The notes under the pieces are model-generated. The model saw only the letters and a list, made by a program, of their open reading frames with translations. It did not search any database and had not been told where the DNA came from. A stretch of DNA of 63,990 bases, the filler included, from an uncultured bacterium (lineage in GTDB: Bacteria > CAZSTA01): the NCBI GenBank assembly GCA_964609495.1. It is 7 parts of 7 records of this genome, joined end to end, with 100 filler letters (N's around TTAATTAATTAA, not from the genome) between each part and the next. Parts side by side here need not be neighbours in the genome. Positions count along the whole stretch, not along the records: positions 1 to 9,674 come from CAZSTA010000136.1; positions 9,775 to 19,442 come from CAZSTA010000137.1; 5 more parts are not named here. One strand, written 5' to 3'. Below are positions 1 through 9,941 of the stretch, piece after piece. Each line of letters opens with the position of its first letter. Within the stretch, counting starts at the first letter, position 1. The position numbers and the translations under genes are program-made.

Positions 1-95
1 TGAAAGATAGTTTCAAGATCGTGATAGCCATCGCTTCTCTTCCCGATAATATGTAGCACAAGATTAACTTTAGCGTTCGCCTTTATTTCAACCAT
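1..95 (-). CDS. ispE: 4-diphosphocytidyl-2-C-methyl-D-erythritol kinase, 5' part (runs off window)
   Basis: Manual translation [31 protein letters not shown] has the IspE N-terminal AKxNL...GxRxDGYHxLET motif; follows ispF. Confidence 0.9.
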   Translation of the reverse strand, partial: MVEIKANAKVNLVLHIIGKRSDGYHDLETIF

Positions 96-112
96 ATCTT
101 GTCAATTATAGA

Positions 113-589
113 CTAGAATATTCCCTCTACACTAGATATAGCATAAGCAGCTATACCCTCTTGTTTCCCTATAAATCCCAATTTCTCATTAGTGGTAGCT
201 TTTACGTTGACTTGTCCAATTTTCAGCGATAGGGCTCTCGCTATATTCTTCCTCATTTCATTCCTATAGGGGTTGATCTTTGGTTTCTCGGCAATGATAA
301 CAGAATCGATATTATCGACCTTAAAGCCATTATCATTCAATATCTCTCCTACTCTCTCTAGCAAAAGCAAGCTGGATATATCCTTATATTGAGGATCGTT
401 ATCGGGGAAATGCTCTCCGATATCGTTCTCTCCTATTGCTCCTAATAGAGCATCCATAATAGCATGTATAAGGACATCTGCATCGGAGTGCCCCGCAAGT
501 CCGAGATGAAACGGAATCTCGACTCCCCCTAGAATAAGCTTCCTACCCTCGACTAGCCTATGCACATCATATCCGATTCCGACTCTCAT
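113..589 (-). CDS. ispF: 2-C-methyl-D-erythritol 2,4-cyclodiphosphate synthase
   Basis: GxGxDVH, HSDADVxxH, NVKATTxE motifs. Confidence 0.97.
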   Translation of the reverse strand: MRVGIGYDVHRLVEGRKLILGGVEIPFHLGLAGHSDADVLIHAIMDALLGAIGENDIGEHFPDNDPQYKDISSLLLLERVGEILNDNGFKVDNIDSVIIAEKPKINPYRNEMRKNIARALSLKIGQVNVKATTNEKLGFIGKQEGIAAYAISSVEGIF

Positions 590-1289
590 CAGCTTCTCCC
601 CTCAGTATAGTTTCCATTATAACAAGATCATCTGGAGTAGTTACTTTTAGGTTATCGTAAGCTCCCATCACCAGCTTAACTTGGTGTCCCAATCTCTCCA
701 CTAACATAGCATCATCAGTCCCATAGAAATTATCTTCATAAGCTTTAATGTAACTATCATATATTAATTCAAAGGAGAAAATCTGCGGAGTTTGAATAGC
801 CCATAGCTCCTTTCTATCGATAGTTCTCTGGACAAAACCCGCTTTATCTTCCCTTTTAATCGTGTCCTTCACTGGAACCGCTACTACTCCTGCTTTATAT
901 CTTATCGTCTCTGCTATAGCTCTTAGGATAACCTCCTCTTTGATTAAGGGTCTTGCCCCATCGTGTATAGCTACTAAATCGAAGCCATCCTCCTTTATCT
1001 CCTGCAAACCATTGAATACCGAATCCTGTCTCTCCCTACCCCCGGGAATTATCCTTTTGATCTTCCTTATTCCAAACCTGTCTATGATCTCGCTTCGGCA
1101 ATAATCCTCCTCTCCCCCACGCACTATCAATACTATCTCCTCTATCTCGGAACAGGATTCAAAGTGGCGTAAAGTGTAATAGAGCAGAGGTTTACCATTT
1201 ACAATGTAGAACACCTTATTGAGCTGTCTATTACCTGATCCCATCCTCCTGCCAACTCCCGCGGCTGGGATCAAAGCCACAATCCTCAA
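567..1289 (-). CDS. ispD: 2-C-methyl-D-erythritol 4-phosphate cytidylyltransferase
   Basis: AAGxGxRMG, GGx[28 protein letters not shown] motifs; overlaps ispF. Confidence 0.97.
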   Translation of the reverse strand: MRIVALIPAAGVGRRMGSGNRQLNKVFYIVNGKPLLYYTLRHFESCSEIEEIVLIVRGGEEDYCRSEIIDRFGIRKIKRIIPGGRERQDSVFNGLQEIKEDGFDLVAIHDGARPLIKEEVILRAIAETIRYKAGVVAVPVKDTIKREDKAGFVQRTIDRKELWAIQTPQIFSFELIYDSYIKAYEDNFYGTDDAMLVERLGHQVKLVMGAYDNLKVTTPDDLVIMETILRGEADESRNRI

Positions 1290-1295
1290 TTATCT

Positions 1296-3113
1296 TCACC
1301 TCTCGAAAACCGTTTCTAATTTTGTAACATTATTAATTCCATTCCAGGAAAATCTTAATTTCTGCTGACCTATATCCCTCTCCAGAGCCAGATCTAAGGA
1401 TCTGAATTCTGTTTTTCCAAAGTCATATTTACAATCGAGGTCTATCCACCATCCCTGGGAAAATTCCCATTTAAGCTTGGTAAGATTAAATCTCATAGAA
1501 TCTGTGATAAGATCATACTGGAGAGCGTTTCCTATCTCCAAATTGGGTAGTAACTTATAATCGAAGACACAAGCTATAATCCCCAGAGGTATAAATTTGT
1601 CGGATAGAATGGAACTTTTGAACTCCTTTTCGTTATTGGCTAGTCTATATCTTATAATACCTCTCCTCAACATCCCTCCTGTCAGATCGTAATCGAGGGA
1701 GAGGCTTGTTTCCCACCTCTTGCTATCACTACCAACTGGGAGTGAGCTGTGCTTTATCTTTCCCTCTATAATATGTTGCCAGCTATCTGGGGAAGAGAAT
1801 ATAGATCTAGAGCGGAGTATATTACTATAACCTAATTCACAGCTCCACTTAGGACTTGCTTCGTAAATTAGCTTGAGAGAACCCCCTAATTCATCCTGTT
1901 GAGGAAGATAACTATACCACTCTCTAGTAAGCTCTAAACTGGGAGTAAGGCTTAACTTATCGGTTAAGGGGATGGAATCCCTATCCAATTTGACGCTCAT
2001 ATCCTCTTCCCAAAAGGAAAGAGGATCGAGTTTCCCCTTCTCTAGGGATAGGGATGAGGATATACTATAGCTCCACTTAGTTTCGCCGATCCTCATTCTA
2101 TCTAAGTCAAGTTTCAACTTTGTCTTCCAATCCCCTCGCCTTTCATAATCATAGCTTTCTCCTCTGCTTATCGTTAAGGATGATTTTAGAGGAGGAGAGT
2201 TAAGAGAAAGCTCATATTTACCTTGCCAGGGATCTTCTCTCTGAGGCCAGTAGATGAAAGTTAGCTCAGATCCAAAATTTATGCTTAACCTCTGTTTATA
2301 GATTATATGATATTTAATCTCATCATTTGAGGGAAATCTGAGGAGCAAGTAGATTAATGAACCCCTTCCAAGAGAGTAATTAGCCCTTACTATAGTTGAG
2401 AGTTTATCTTTAGAATTGTAACTTGAAAGGATGCGACCAGAAAGGGCTTTACTGAGAACGTAACTATATTCAGCTTCTATCAACAGGCCCTTAGCGGAAT
2501 TATATGATAGTTGTTTTAGGGAGAAGGTATTAGGAAGCTTGATATCTCCTATCTTCCAGGGTAAGTAAGGCAAGGTCAAGAAGGGATTTCTTCTGTTCCA
2601 TAGAGTTACCTTCCAAGCCCTGATCTCCACCTTTGGATAGATCTTCATCCTTTTAGCTGTTATATAGAGAAAGGATTTAGTGGCTGAGGGAATATCAAAT
2701 TCAGGTATGGTGGAATCTATCCTTCCCTCACCTTTATCGAGTCTTAGAAATCCTCCTTTCTCCTCGGCAAAAGGTATCTCTTGAATATTCTCCCCAATTA
2801 TGAATATGCTACCCTTATTCTCCTCAAAATCGTAGTTCAGAGCATCGCCTTTTAAGGTTTCATCTTCACCTTTAAGCTGGACATCCCCCTGGGCAGTTAT
2901 CCTTCCTTTACCGAGATCTATCTGTAGTTGAGAAGCGACAAAAGTAATATCTTTGTATTTTAGATTGATATTCTCCTCCGCTAATATAATATTGTAATCT
3001 GGGCTATATAGCAGGAAGTCGCTCTCTAAAGTTAGGGGAGCTATATCGCTAGCCCAAATAGGACTGGGTAAGAGGAGAATCGCCAATGCTACTACTAAGT
3101 AGAGGAAATGCAT
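1296..3113 (-). CDS. LptD/OstA-like outer-membrane protein
   Basis: Signal peptide, N-terminal OstA-like segment (GRITAQGDVQL...GDALNYDF), long amphipathic beta-strand C-terminal region. Confidence 0.6.
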   Translation of the reverse strand: MHFLYLVVALAILLLPSPIWASDIAPLTLESDFLLYSPDYNIILAEENINLKYKDITFVASQLQIDLGKGRITAQGDVQLKGEDETLKGDALNYDFEENKGSIFIIGENIQEIPFAEEKGGFLRLDKGEGRIDSTIPEFDIPSATKSFLYITAKRMKIYPKVEIRAWKVTLWNRRNPFLTLPYLPWKIGDIKLPNTFSLKQLSYNSAKGLLIEAEYSYVLSKALSGRILSSYNSKDKLSTIVRANYSLGRGSLIYLLLRFPSNDEIKYHIIYKQRLSINFGSELTFIYWPQREDPWQGKYELSLNSPPLKSSLTISRGESYDYERRGDWKTKLKLDLDRMRIGETKWSYSISSSLSLEKGKLDPLSFWEEDMSVKLDRDSIPLTDKLSLTPSLELTREWYSYLPQQDELGGSLKLIYEASPKWSCELGYSNILRSRSIFSSPDSWQHIIEGKIKHSSLPVGSDSKRWETSLSLDYDLTGGMLRRGIIRYRLANNEKEFKSSILSDKFIPLGIIACVFDYKLLPNLEIGNALQYDLITDSMRFNLTKLKWEFSQGWWIDLDCKYDFGKTEFRSLDLALERDIGQQKLRFSWNGINNVTKLETVFER

Positions 3114-3265
3114 TATTGTTATTCCAATTGTTGCTCGGGGAGAGAGGCTAAAATATCCTTATTAATTATAGCATTTTTCAGGGTGGAGGGCAAGAGAATA
3201 TCGAAATTAAGCAATGTTTTCACTATTATCACAAAATTTTACTTGCCCAGAGCCATGAATTTTCC

Positions 3266-3294
3266 TTGACAAATAATGAGTAATATAATAGAAT
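3266..3294 (+). promoter_or_regulatory. sigma-70/A promoter
   Basis: TTGACA-17 nt-TAGAAT upstream of the dNK genes. Confidence 0.6.
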
Positions 3295-3334
3295 TAAACC
3301 AGATTTACAAGCTGATGAATGAAGGGATGTTCTA

Positions 3335-3976
3335 TTGCCTGGGAGAAATCTTTACCTGGCTATCGAAGGACCTATTGGAGTGGGAAAGACGACTCTGGCT
3401 CGTCTTATTCAGAGTAGATTCTCGGCCGAGTTATTGTTAGAGATAGTAGAGGAGAATCCCTTTTTAAGCAACTTTTATGTAGATAGAGAGAAGTTCGCCT
3501 TCCAAACGCAGATATTCTTCCTCCTCTCCCGCTATAAACAGCAGGAGAGGATAATCCAGCCGAATCTATTCAAATCCACCCTCATAAGCGATTATATCTT
3601 CGCTAAGGATTTCATCTTCGCCCATTTAAATCTAAGGGGTGCTGAATTGGATATGTATGATCGGCTCTATAATATAATGAAGAGGGATATACCTCCTCCC
3701 GATTTACTTATACTCCTCAGAGCCAGCACCGATATTTTGATGAAGCGGATAGCCATGCGAGACAGGCCATTTGAACGTGATATATCTTATCAATATTTAG
3801 ACGATTTAAATCGGGATTATCTTGATTTCTTTGCGCACTACTCGGATTACCCGATGCTCATCGTTGATACGAATGATATAGATTTCGTTCGAGATCGGGG
3901 AGCCCTGGAGGATATTATCCACTCCATTGAGAATGCTCTGGATACAACTTATGGGGTTAAGAGGGGAGGATATTGA
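3335..3976 (+). CDS. deoxynucleoside kinase (Dgk-like)
   Basis: IEGPIGVGKTT P-loop, ENPFL, FQTQIFFL, RDRPFE. Confidence 0.9.
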   Translation: MPGRNLYLAIEGPIGVGKTTLARLIQSRFSAELLLEIVEENPFLSNFYVDREKFAFQTQIFFLLSRYKQQERIIQPNLFKSTLISDYIFAKDFIFAHLNLRGAELDMYDRLYNIMKRDIPPPDLLILLRASTDILMKRIAMRDRPFERDISYQYLDDLNRDYLDFFAHYSDYPMLIVDTNDIDFVRDRGALEDIIHSIENALDTTYGVKRGGY

Positions 3977-4602
3977 GGATGGCTAAAAAGTTCATCGCGG
4001 TGGCTGGTAATATAGGAGTTGGGAAATCTAGCTTGACCTGTCTCCTCTCTCAAAGGTTGGGCTGGGAGGCTTTCTATGAGGTGGTCAATGATAATCCTTA
4101 TTTAGAGGACTTTTACGCCGATATGAATAAATGGAGCTTCCATCTCCAGATATACTTCCTCTCCCGAAGATTCCACCATCACCGTCAGATAGTAGCCCAT
4201 CCTAACTCTGTAGTTCAGGATAGAAGTATCTACGAGGATGTAGAGATATTCGCCAAAAATCTTTATCTTCAAGGATCGATGGATGAGAGAGATTATCGAA
4301 ACTATCGCGATCTATTCGAGACGATGGCTCAGTTCCTTCAGCCACCAGATCTTATAGTATATCTCAGAGCATCTGTTCCTACTCTGAAAAGTCGAATCAA
4401 ACATAGAGGGAGGGATTTCGAGCAAAATATCCCCGATGAGTATCTAGCCCACTTGAACAAATTATATGAGGAGTGGACGAGCCACTTCGAATCCTGCCCA
4501 ATTCTAACGATTCCAACGGATGATCTGGATTTTGTGGTATGTAATGATCATCTGGAGTTAATCGCCGATGAGATCCTCGATAAGTTAGGAGTAAAGCTGT
4601 GA
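3973..4602 (+). CDS. deoxynucleoside kinase (Dck/dAK-like)
   Basis: GNIGVGKSS P-loop, NPYLEDFY, DRSIYED, RGRDFE; true start may be the ATG of MAKK. Confidence 0.9.
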   Translation: MRMAKKFIAVAGNIGVGKSSLTCLLSQRLGWEAFYEVVNDNPYLEDFYADMNKWSFHLQIYFLSRRFHHHRQIVAHPNSVVQDRSIYEDVEIFAKNLYLQGSMDERDYRNYRDLFETMAQFLQPPDLIVYLRASVPTLKSRIKHRGRDFEQNIPDEYLAHLNKLYEEWTSHFESCPILTIPTDDLDFVVCNDHLELIADEILDKLGVKL

Positions 4603-4647
4603 GATATCTATCCGAGAATAAAAAATCTGATAAGAAGGAGGATAAAT

Positions 4648-7236
4648 GTGATGTTCAAACGTATTAGTCTAAATGGCGATGATTGGCAATTTCATAGTTA
4701 TATGCCGAATCAATGGCGCTTTCGCCGGGAGCCAGCTCCCTTCGCTCCGAACTATGAGGTAACTTATTGGCTCAAGGGAGAGGTGCCGGGAACCGTGCAA
4801 TCGGACCTCTTAGCTAATGTCAGGATTCCAGATCCCTATTTCGAGATGAATAGTCTCTTGTGTGAGTGGGTTTATAACCGCGACTGGATATATCGTAAGA
4901 AATTCACCGTCCCCGAGGAGCTAAAAGGGTCGAGGGCTCGTTTATGCTTCAAGGGGATAGATTATTCCGCTTACCTATATCTTAATGGGATGTTACTAGG
5001 GTATCACGATAAAGGTATGTTTATCCCCGTGGTCTTCGAGGTTACGGATAAGCTCAAATATGGAGAGGAGAATACCTTAGTGGCGATCCTGGAGAAGGCT
5101 CCAGATGAATACGCCCAGATAGGTTACACCTCGAAGGTTAAAACACGCAAGAGCAGGGTCACTTATCAGTGGGATTTCGCTACTAGATTAGTGCCTCTTG
5201 GTCTTTGGGAGGGAGTCGAGCTTCTATTTGACGATGGCTGTTACATAGATAATATCTGGGTGCGCTCGGAACTCTCCCCTGATTTCAAAAAAGCTGAGAT
5301 CTTGGTGGAGACCGAGATAGAGGCTGAATCGGGTAAGCAGGTGGATATAACCGCTGATATCTACTACGGAGAGGAGAAGGTAACTTCAGCTACCTCTAAG
5401 CACTATTTAGCTCAGGGTATGAACACTGTTCATCAAACTATCTCCCTCGATGATCCCAAGCTCTGGTGGCCTAATGGATATGGTCTGCAGAATCTATATC
5501 GGGCTGTCGTCTCGCTCGGCTCGGAAGGAGAGCCACTGGATACTCGAGAGGTCAACTTTGGGATCCGCAAACTTGAGGCTCTTCCTAACGATAATGCTCC
5601 CGAAGATGCTTTCCCTTATGTTATATCGATCAATGGGCGAAAGATATTCGTTAAGGGCTGGAATTGGGTCCCCGTCGATCATATGTATGGCAAGGAGAGA
5701 CCAGAGAAGTATGAACGACTGTTGCGGTTAGCAAAGGAAGCGAATGTGAACCTGCTTCGCATCTGGGGCGGAGGATTGATCGAGAAGGAGATATTCTACG
5801 ATCTCTGCGATAAATATGGGATTATGATCTGGCAGGAGTTCATCCAATCGAGTTCGGGATTGGATAACTATCCTCCTGAAGATCCTCAGTATTTGCGATT
5901 GCTGAAGGAGGAAGCCGAATCGGTTATAAGGCGCAAACGAAACCATCCCGCCTTAGTGATCTGGTGTGGGGGGAATGAATTGACGGAGCTAGGAGAATCT
6001 AGGAGACCTATCGATGGGGATGAGCCGGCGATCATAATCCTACATAATGCGGTGAAGAAGTTCGATCCGGAGAGGATATTTCTTCTCACCTCACCCACTG
6101 GTCCCTATTTCTTCATCGCCCCTTGGGAGGAGAAGAACAAGCTTCATGATGTTCATGGAAATTGGGTATATATGGGTCCGAGGAAACATTACGAGTTCTA
6201 TAACTCCAGTGATGCGCTCTTCCACAGCGAATTTGGCTCTGAGGGGGCTTCCTCATTAAGGACCCTGAAGAAGTTCCTATCGGAAGATAATCTCTGGCCG
6301 CCCGATAGGAGAAATGAGGTCTGGGAACATCACGGAGATTGGTGGATGGGAAATAAAGAGACGCTCGATGCGATCTTCGGAGAGCTGGAGGATATCGATA
6401 ATTTCATCTGGGCAAGTCAGTTTATCCAAGCGGAAGGGGTAAGATATATAATCGAGCAGAACAGGAGGAGAAAATATAGATGCAGTGGCACTATCCCTTG
6501 GCAGATGAACGAGCCTTGGCCCAACGCCATCTGCACGAACAGCGTTGATTTCTATACCGAGCCTAAGATGGCTTACTATTATGTAGCTGAATCTTATGAA
6601 CCAGTCCATATAAGTCTCAAATACGATGGCTTAGAGTGGAAGAGTGGGGAGGATTTCAAAGCTGAGATTTACCTATCCAACTCCGGGGAAGCCCTTACTG
6701 GAGCTGTGAATTATATCATCTCCGACTTGAAGGGCAAGGTTTATGAGAGCGATAGAATTCAAGTCGATATCGGGAGCAACTGCTCTATGAAGGTGAAGGA
6801 TATCGTGTGGTCTATTCCCTCGGATTTCGAGAATATCTTCGTCATCAGCTTCGCTTTTGTGGGAGAGGGTAAAGGAGTGCTTTCTCGCAATGATTATTTC
6901 TTCTCTACCGCTCAACCGATATTCAAGGGATTCTTAGAATTGCCAAGAGTGGAATTGAATATCTGGGAAATTAAAGAGCTAGAGGCAGATAGAGAGGGAG
7001 AGAGGAGTTATGATATAACGGTGGAGAATAAGGGCGAGGTATATGCCTGTTTCGTCCGCTGTCAAGTAGAGAATGAGGATGACTATTATCTCTATGCTAA
7101 TGATAATTTCAAGCTTATTCCTCCTAAATCGAAGGCGATCTACTCCCTGACCCTATCTCCTCGAAAGGAGGGAGTTGGGAAAGCCGAGATCAGTTTTGAG
7201 GGATGGAATGCCGATAAAGTGGTTAAGGAGTTGTAG
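4648..7236 (+). CDS. GH2 beta-mannosidase-like glycoside hydrolase
   Basis: GIDY, WDFA, LWWPNGYG, KGWNWVP, RIWGGG, WCGGNE, SEFG motifs. Confidence 0.9.
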   Translation: MMFKRISLNGDDWQFHSYMPNQWRFRREPAPFAPNYEVTYWLKGEVPGTVQSDLLANVRIPDPYFEMNSLLCEWVYNRDWIYRKKFTVPEELKGSRARLCFKGIDYSAYLYLNGMLLGYHDKGMFIPVVFEVTDKLKYGEENTLVAILEKAPDEYAQIGYTSKVKTRKSRVTYQWDFATRLVPLGLWEGVELLFDDGCYIDNIWVRSELSPDFKKAEILVETEIEAESGKQVDITADIYYGEEKVTSATSKHYLAQGMNTVHQTISLDDPKLWWPNGYGLQNLYRAVVSLGSEGEPLDTREVNFGIRKLEALPNDNAPEDAFPYVISINGRKIFVKGWNWVPVDHMYGKERPEKYERLLRLAKEANVNLLRIWGGGLIEKEIFYDLCDKYGIMIWQEFIQSSSGLDNYPPEDPQYLRLLKEEAESVIRRKRNHPALVIWCGGNELTELGESRRPIDGDEPAIIILHNAVKKFDPERIFLLTSPTGPYFFIAPWEEKNKLHDVHGNWVYMGPRKHYEFYNSSDALFHSEFGSEGASSLRTLKKFLSEDNLWPPDRRNEVWEHHGDWWMGNKETLDAIFGELEDIDNFIWASQFIQAEGVRYIIEQNRRRKYRCSGTIPWQMNEPWPNAICTNSVDFYTEPKMAYYYVAESYEPVHISLKYDGLEWKSGEDFKAEIYLSNSGEALTGAVNYIISDLKGKVYESDRIQVDIGSNCSMKVKDIVWSIPSDFENIFVISFAFVGEGKGVLSRNDYFFSTAQPIFKGFLELPRVELNIWEIKELEADREGERSYDITVENKGEVYACFVRCQVENEDDYYLYANDNFKLIPPKSKAIYSLTLSPRKEGVGKAEISFEGWNADKVVKEL

Positions 7237-7307
7237 TAAGCTCGCGGTCAGTAGATTCTCAGGATAGAGCATATCTTGGTAGATTTCGCTAGATATGTTA
7301 TGGGGAG

Positions 7308-8417
7308 ATGAAAATGAATAAATGGGATATAGATACTCCCGCGTTGTTGATAGATTTAGATTGCTTGGAGAGAAACATCGAAGATATGGCCTCCTTTGCC
7401 CGCCACAAAGGGATAAATCTGAGACCTATGGTCAAGACCCATAAGAGTCCTGATCTGGCGAAGATGCAGATAGAGGCAGGCGCAAAGGGGATATTGCTCG
7501 CTAAGTTGGGGGAGGCGGAGGTGATGGCTGATGCTGGTGTAAAGGATATCAACATCGCTTATCCTCTAATTGGGGAGCAGAAGCTCTCCAGAGCTGTATC
7601 TCTTATAAAGGATAGGGGAGTCAAGCTCAGGCTAACGGTCGATGATGTGAAACAAATCGAGCCTCTTTCAGCTAAAGGTGTATCTGAAGGCATTGTCTTT
7701 TCGGTATTAATTAAGATAGATACTGGGGTGCATAGATTAGGACTTCCTCGGGGGGAGAGGGTGATCGAATTAGCCAAGCGGATAGAGGAACTACCTGGAC
7801 TCAGCTTTCAGGGGATATCCACCCACGCTGGACATGTCTATACCGCTCGAAGTAGAGATGAGATAGAGAAAGTGGGGATAGCCGAGGGAGAGATAATGGT
7901 TGGAGTTAGAGATGATCTTGAGAAAGCTGGTATAAAAGTCGATACAGTTGCCACAGGATCAACTCCAACTGCCAAGATATCTGGGAATGTGAAGGGAGTA
8001 AATGAGATCAGACCGGGTAACTATATTTTCTACGATGCGAAGCAAGTTTCGCTTGGAGTTGTCGATGCTAAAAGATGTGCGGCGACTGTGTTGGCAACCG
8101 TGATAAGCAGGCCGGCTCCCGATAGAGCGGTGATCGATGCGGGAAGCAAAGCGTTATCCTCTGACCCTGGTGCCGAGGCTATCCCTGGTTTTGGCCTCGT
8201 TGTAGGACGAGATGATCTCTTGGTAAAGAAATTATCGGAGGAGGTAGGAGTTGTAGAGTTAACCGAGCCCAAAAGAAGTCTTGAGATAGGGGGTAAGCTG
8301 GAGATCATACCTAATCACATCTGTGTAGTGTTTAATTTATTCGATGAGGCTTATGGGATTAGGAATGATAGGGTAGAGAGAACTTTCCCTATCTCTGCTA
8401 GAGGTAAAGTAACTTGA
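7308..8417 (+). CDS. PLP-dependent alanine-racemase-fold enzyme, D-threonine aldolase/D-serine dehydratase (DSD1) family
   Basis: TPALLIDLD, VKTHKS (PLP lysine), EIRPGNY, DAGSK, IPNHIC. Confidence 0.85.
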   Translation: MKMNKWDIDTPALLIDLDCLERNIEDMASFARHKGINLRPMVKTHKSPDLAKMQIEAGAKGILLAKLGEAEVMADAGVKDINIAYPLIGEQKLSRAVSLIKDRGVKLRLTVDDVKQIEPLSAKGVSEGIVFSVLIKIDTGVHRLGLPRGERVIELAKRIEELPGLSFQGISTHAGHVYTARSRDEIEKVGIAEGEIMVGVRDDLEKAGIKVDTVATGSTPTAKISGNVKGVNEIRPGNYIFYDAKQVSLGVVDAKRCAATVLATVISRPAPDRAVIDAGSKALSSDPGAEAIPGFGLVVGRDDLLVKKLSEEVGVVELTEPKRSLEIGGKLEIIPNHICVVFNLFDEAYGIRNDRVERTFPISARGKVT

Positions 8418-8426
8418 TTCATTTTC

Positions 8427-8456
8427 ATAGTGCTCCTTTCCAACAAGGGGCACTAT
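8427..8456. terminator. hairpin between convergent genes, probable bidirectional terminator
   Basis: ATAGTGCTCCTT-tccaac-AAGGGGCACTAT inverted repeat. Confidence 0.5.
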
Positions 8457-8498
8457 GATAATCCCTAATACCCCACAGGTTTGTTACTTAATTCTGCC

Positions 8499-9596
8499 TT
8501 ATTCCGTACAGACTGTGCTTTCGGGATATAATGAAAGTCCATCTAACATCTCTGCCGGGATGTCTTTCAAAAACTCTACTTCTCTGAAAACATTTCCGAT
8601 TAGATCTCGATTGATCTGCTGGGTGTAGTCAGAGAAATTGTTCGTAACATCTCCTGATAAATGGGTATTCATATCCAAAATCCGAACAGGCGTGCTACAG
8701 GAAAAATCAAGCGCGTTCAGATCAATATACCGAATTTGCTGATTAAAAAACGTGCGAAAATAAACACGAAGATTTTGTATATCGTAAACAATGCTCCATT
8801 TTGTGTAATCAGCCCATGCAACGCTTATCAAAGTATCAAAAGCGTAATCGACTACTGACCTTGTATTTTCTGGATCGTAATTTATCACCATGTGCGCTGC
8901 CCGGACGAACCGGTCCAATGAATTATGGCTAGTGGGAAGCGGTAATTCTCCACCAAACCCTTTATGCTTTTTCAAAAACTCGATGGATTCTGCATAGGTA
9001 CTATTTGTCAGTGCTTTGACCGGCATCGTTTCGTTGGTATGATAAACCAATTTGCCACCAATAAACTCAATGCTGGCACAATTTCCCATTCTATCGCACA
9101 CCAAATAGTGGATGTTCGCTGCGACAGCCGGCTTAATTCTTATGTTAGAATCACTGGCAATAACTTCCTCAACTGTGCTAAAATTATCCAGTTGATACTG
9201 AATCCATTGCAAGTTGTCAATTATAGGCCGTGAATCAGTCGCTGGATATTCGGTTTCATCAAGCCACATCACTTCGACAACCAAACCGGCTTCATTTATT
9301 CCACCGCAGGGCAGCTCGCGCCCAAACTGATTAAATGTTACACTACCATATTTCGATATCCAACTGGCTGGTTGCTCATCGGTCGTTGGTGCCATTATTG
9401 CCGCTGTTTTTTGAACATGTCGTTTATTAACGATCACCAAGCCATCGTCCACCATCCAGTCGTAATTTCTTCCGAACACGAGCTGATCAAGGTGATCGAG
9501 GCAAAAAGTTGAACACGGCTGACCAAGCCTTGGGATCAAACAAACGAATAATATACAGAAAATCAAAAGTTTCATAGAATTCAATTTCATATTCAT
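8499..9596 (-). CDS. secreted linear amide C-N hydrolase (choloylglycine hydrolase/penicillin V acylase family)
   Basis: Signal peptide followed by Ntn nucleophile CSTF, GRNYDW, GINEAGL, LTNS, RFVRA. Confidence 0.88.
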   Translation of the reverse strand: MNMKLNSMKLLIFCILFVCLIPRLGQPCSTFCLDHLDQLVFGRNYDWMVDDGLVIVNKRHVQKTAAIMAPTTDEQPASWISKYGSVTFNQFGRELPCGGINEAGLVVEVMWLDETEYPATDSRPIIDNLQWIQYQLDNFSTVEEVIASDSNIRIKPAVAANIHYLVCDRMGNCASIEFIGGKLVYHTNETMPVKALTNSTYAESIEFLKKHKGFGGELPLPTSHNSLDRFVRAAHMVINYDPENTRSVVDYAFDTLISVAWADYTKWSIVYDIQNLRVYFRTFFNQQIRYIDLNALDFSCSTPVRILDMNTHLSGDVTNNFSDYTQQINRDLIGNVFREVEFLKDIPAEMLDGLSLYPESTVCTE

Positions 9597-9674
9597 AATT
9601 CCCTCCTTATGTTGTTAATTTGTGTTTATTCTGGTGTTTGGTGGTCTATTTGGTGGTGCTATTCTGTATCCTTG

Positions 9675-9774
9675 NNNNNNNNNNNNNNNNNNNNNNNNNN
9701 NNNNNNNNNNNNNNNNNNTTAATTAATTAANNNNNNNNNNNNNNNNNNNNNNNNNNNNNNNNNNNNNNNNNNNN
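9675..9774. other. artificial contig linker
   Basis: 100-nt N run with central TTAATTAATTAA (six-frame stop). Confidence 0.97.
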
Positions 9775-9905
9775 CATCTCTCAGGATAGCTAAGAGAGAA
9801 GTTAAGCTCCTCGCTTTGATATACCTGAGAGGCTTGAGCTAACACTGTAATGGATGCTAAACCAACAAGGAGTAAAATTGTAAGATAAATGTATCTTAAC
9901 CTCAT
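9775..9905 (-). CDS. secreted protein, N-terminal fragment
   Basis: AGGAGG RBS, signal peptide, truncated by linker. Confidence 0.65.
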
Positions 9906-9941
9906 TGGTAATCCCTCCTTTTTGGCAATTGAAATTTTCCT

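Noticed and set aside
9719-9730. Regularly spaced TTAATTAATTAA as a biological repeat or array
   Set aside because: Always embedded in N runs; it is an assembly spacer
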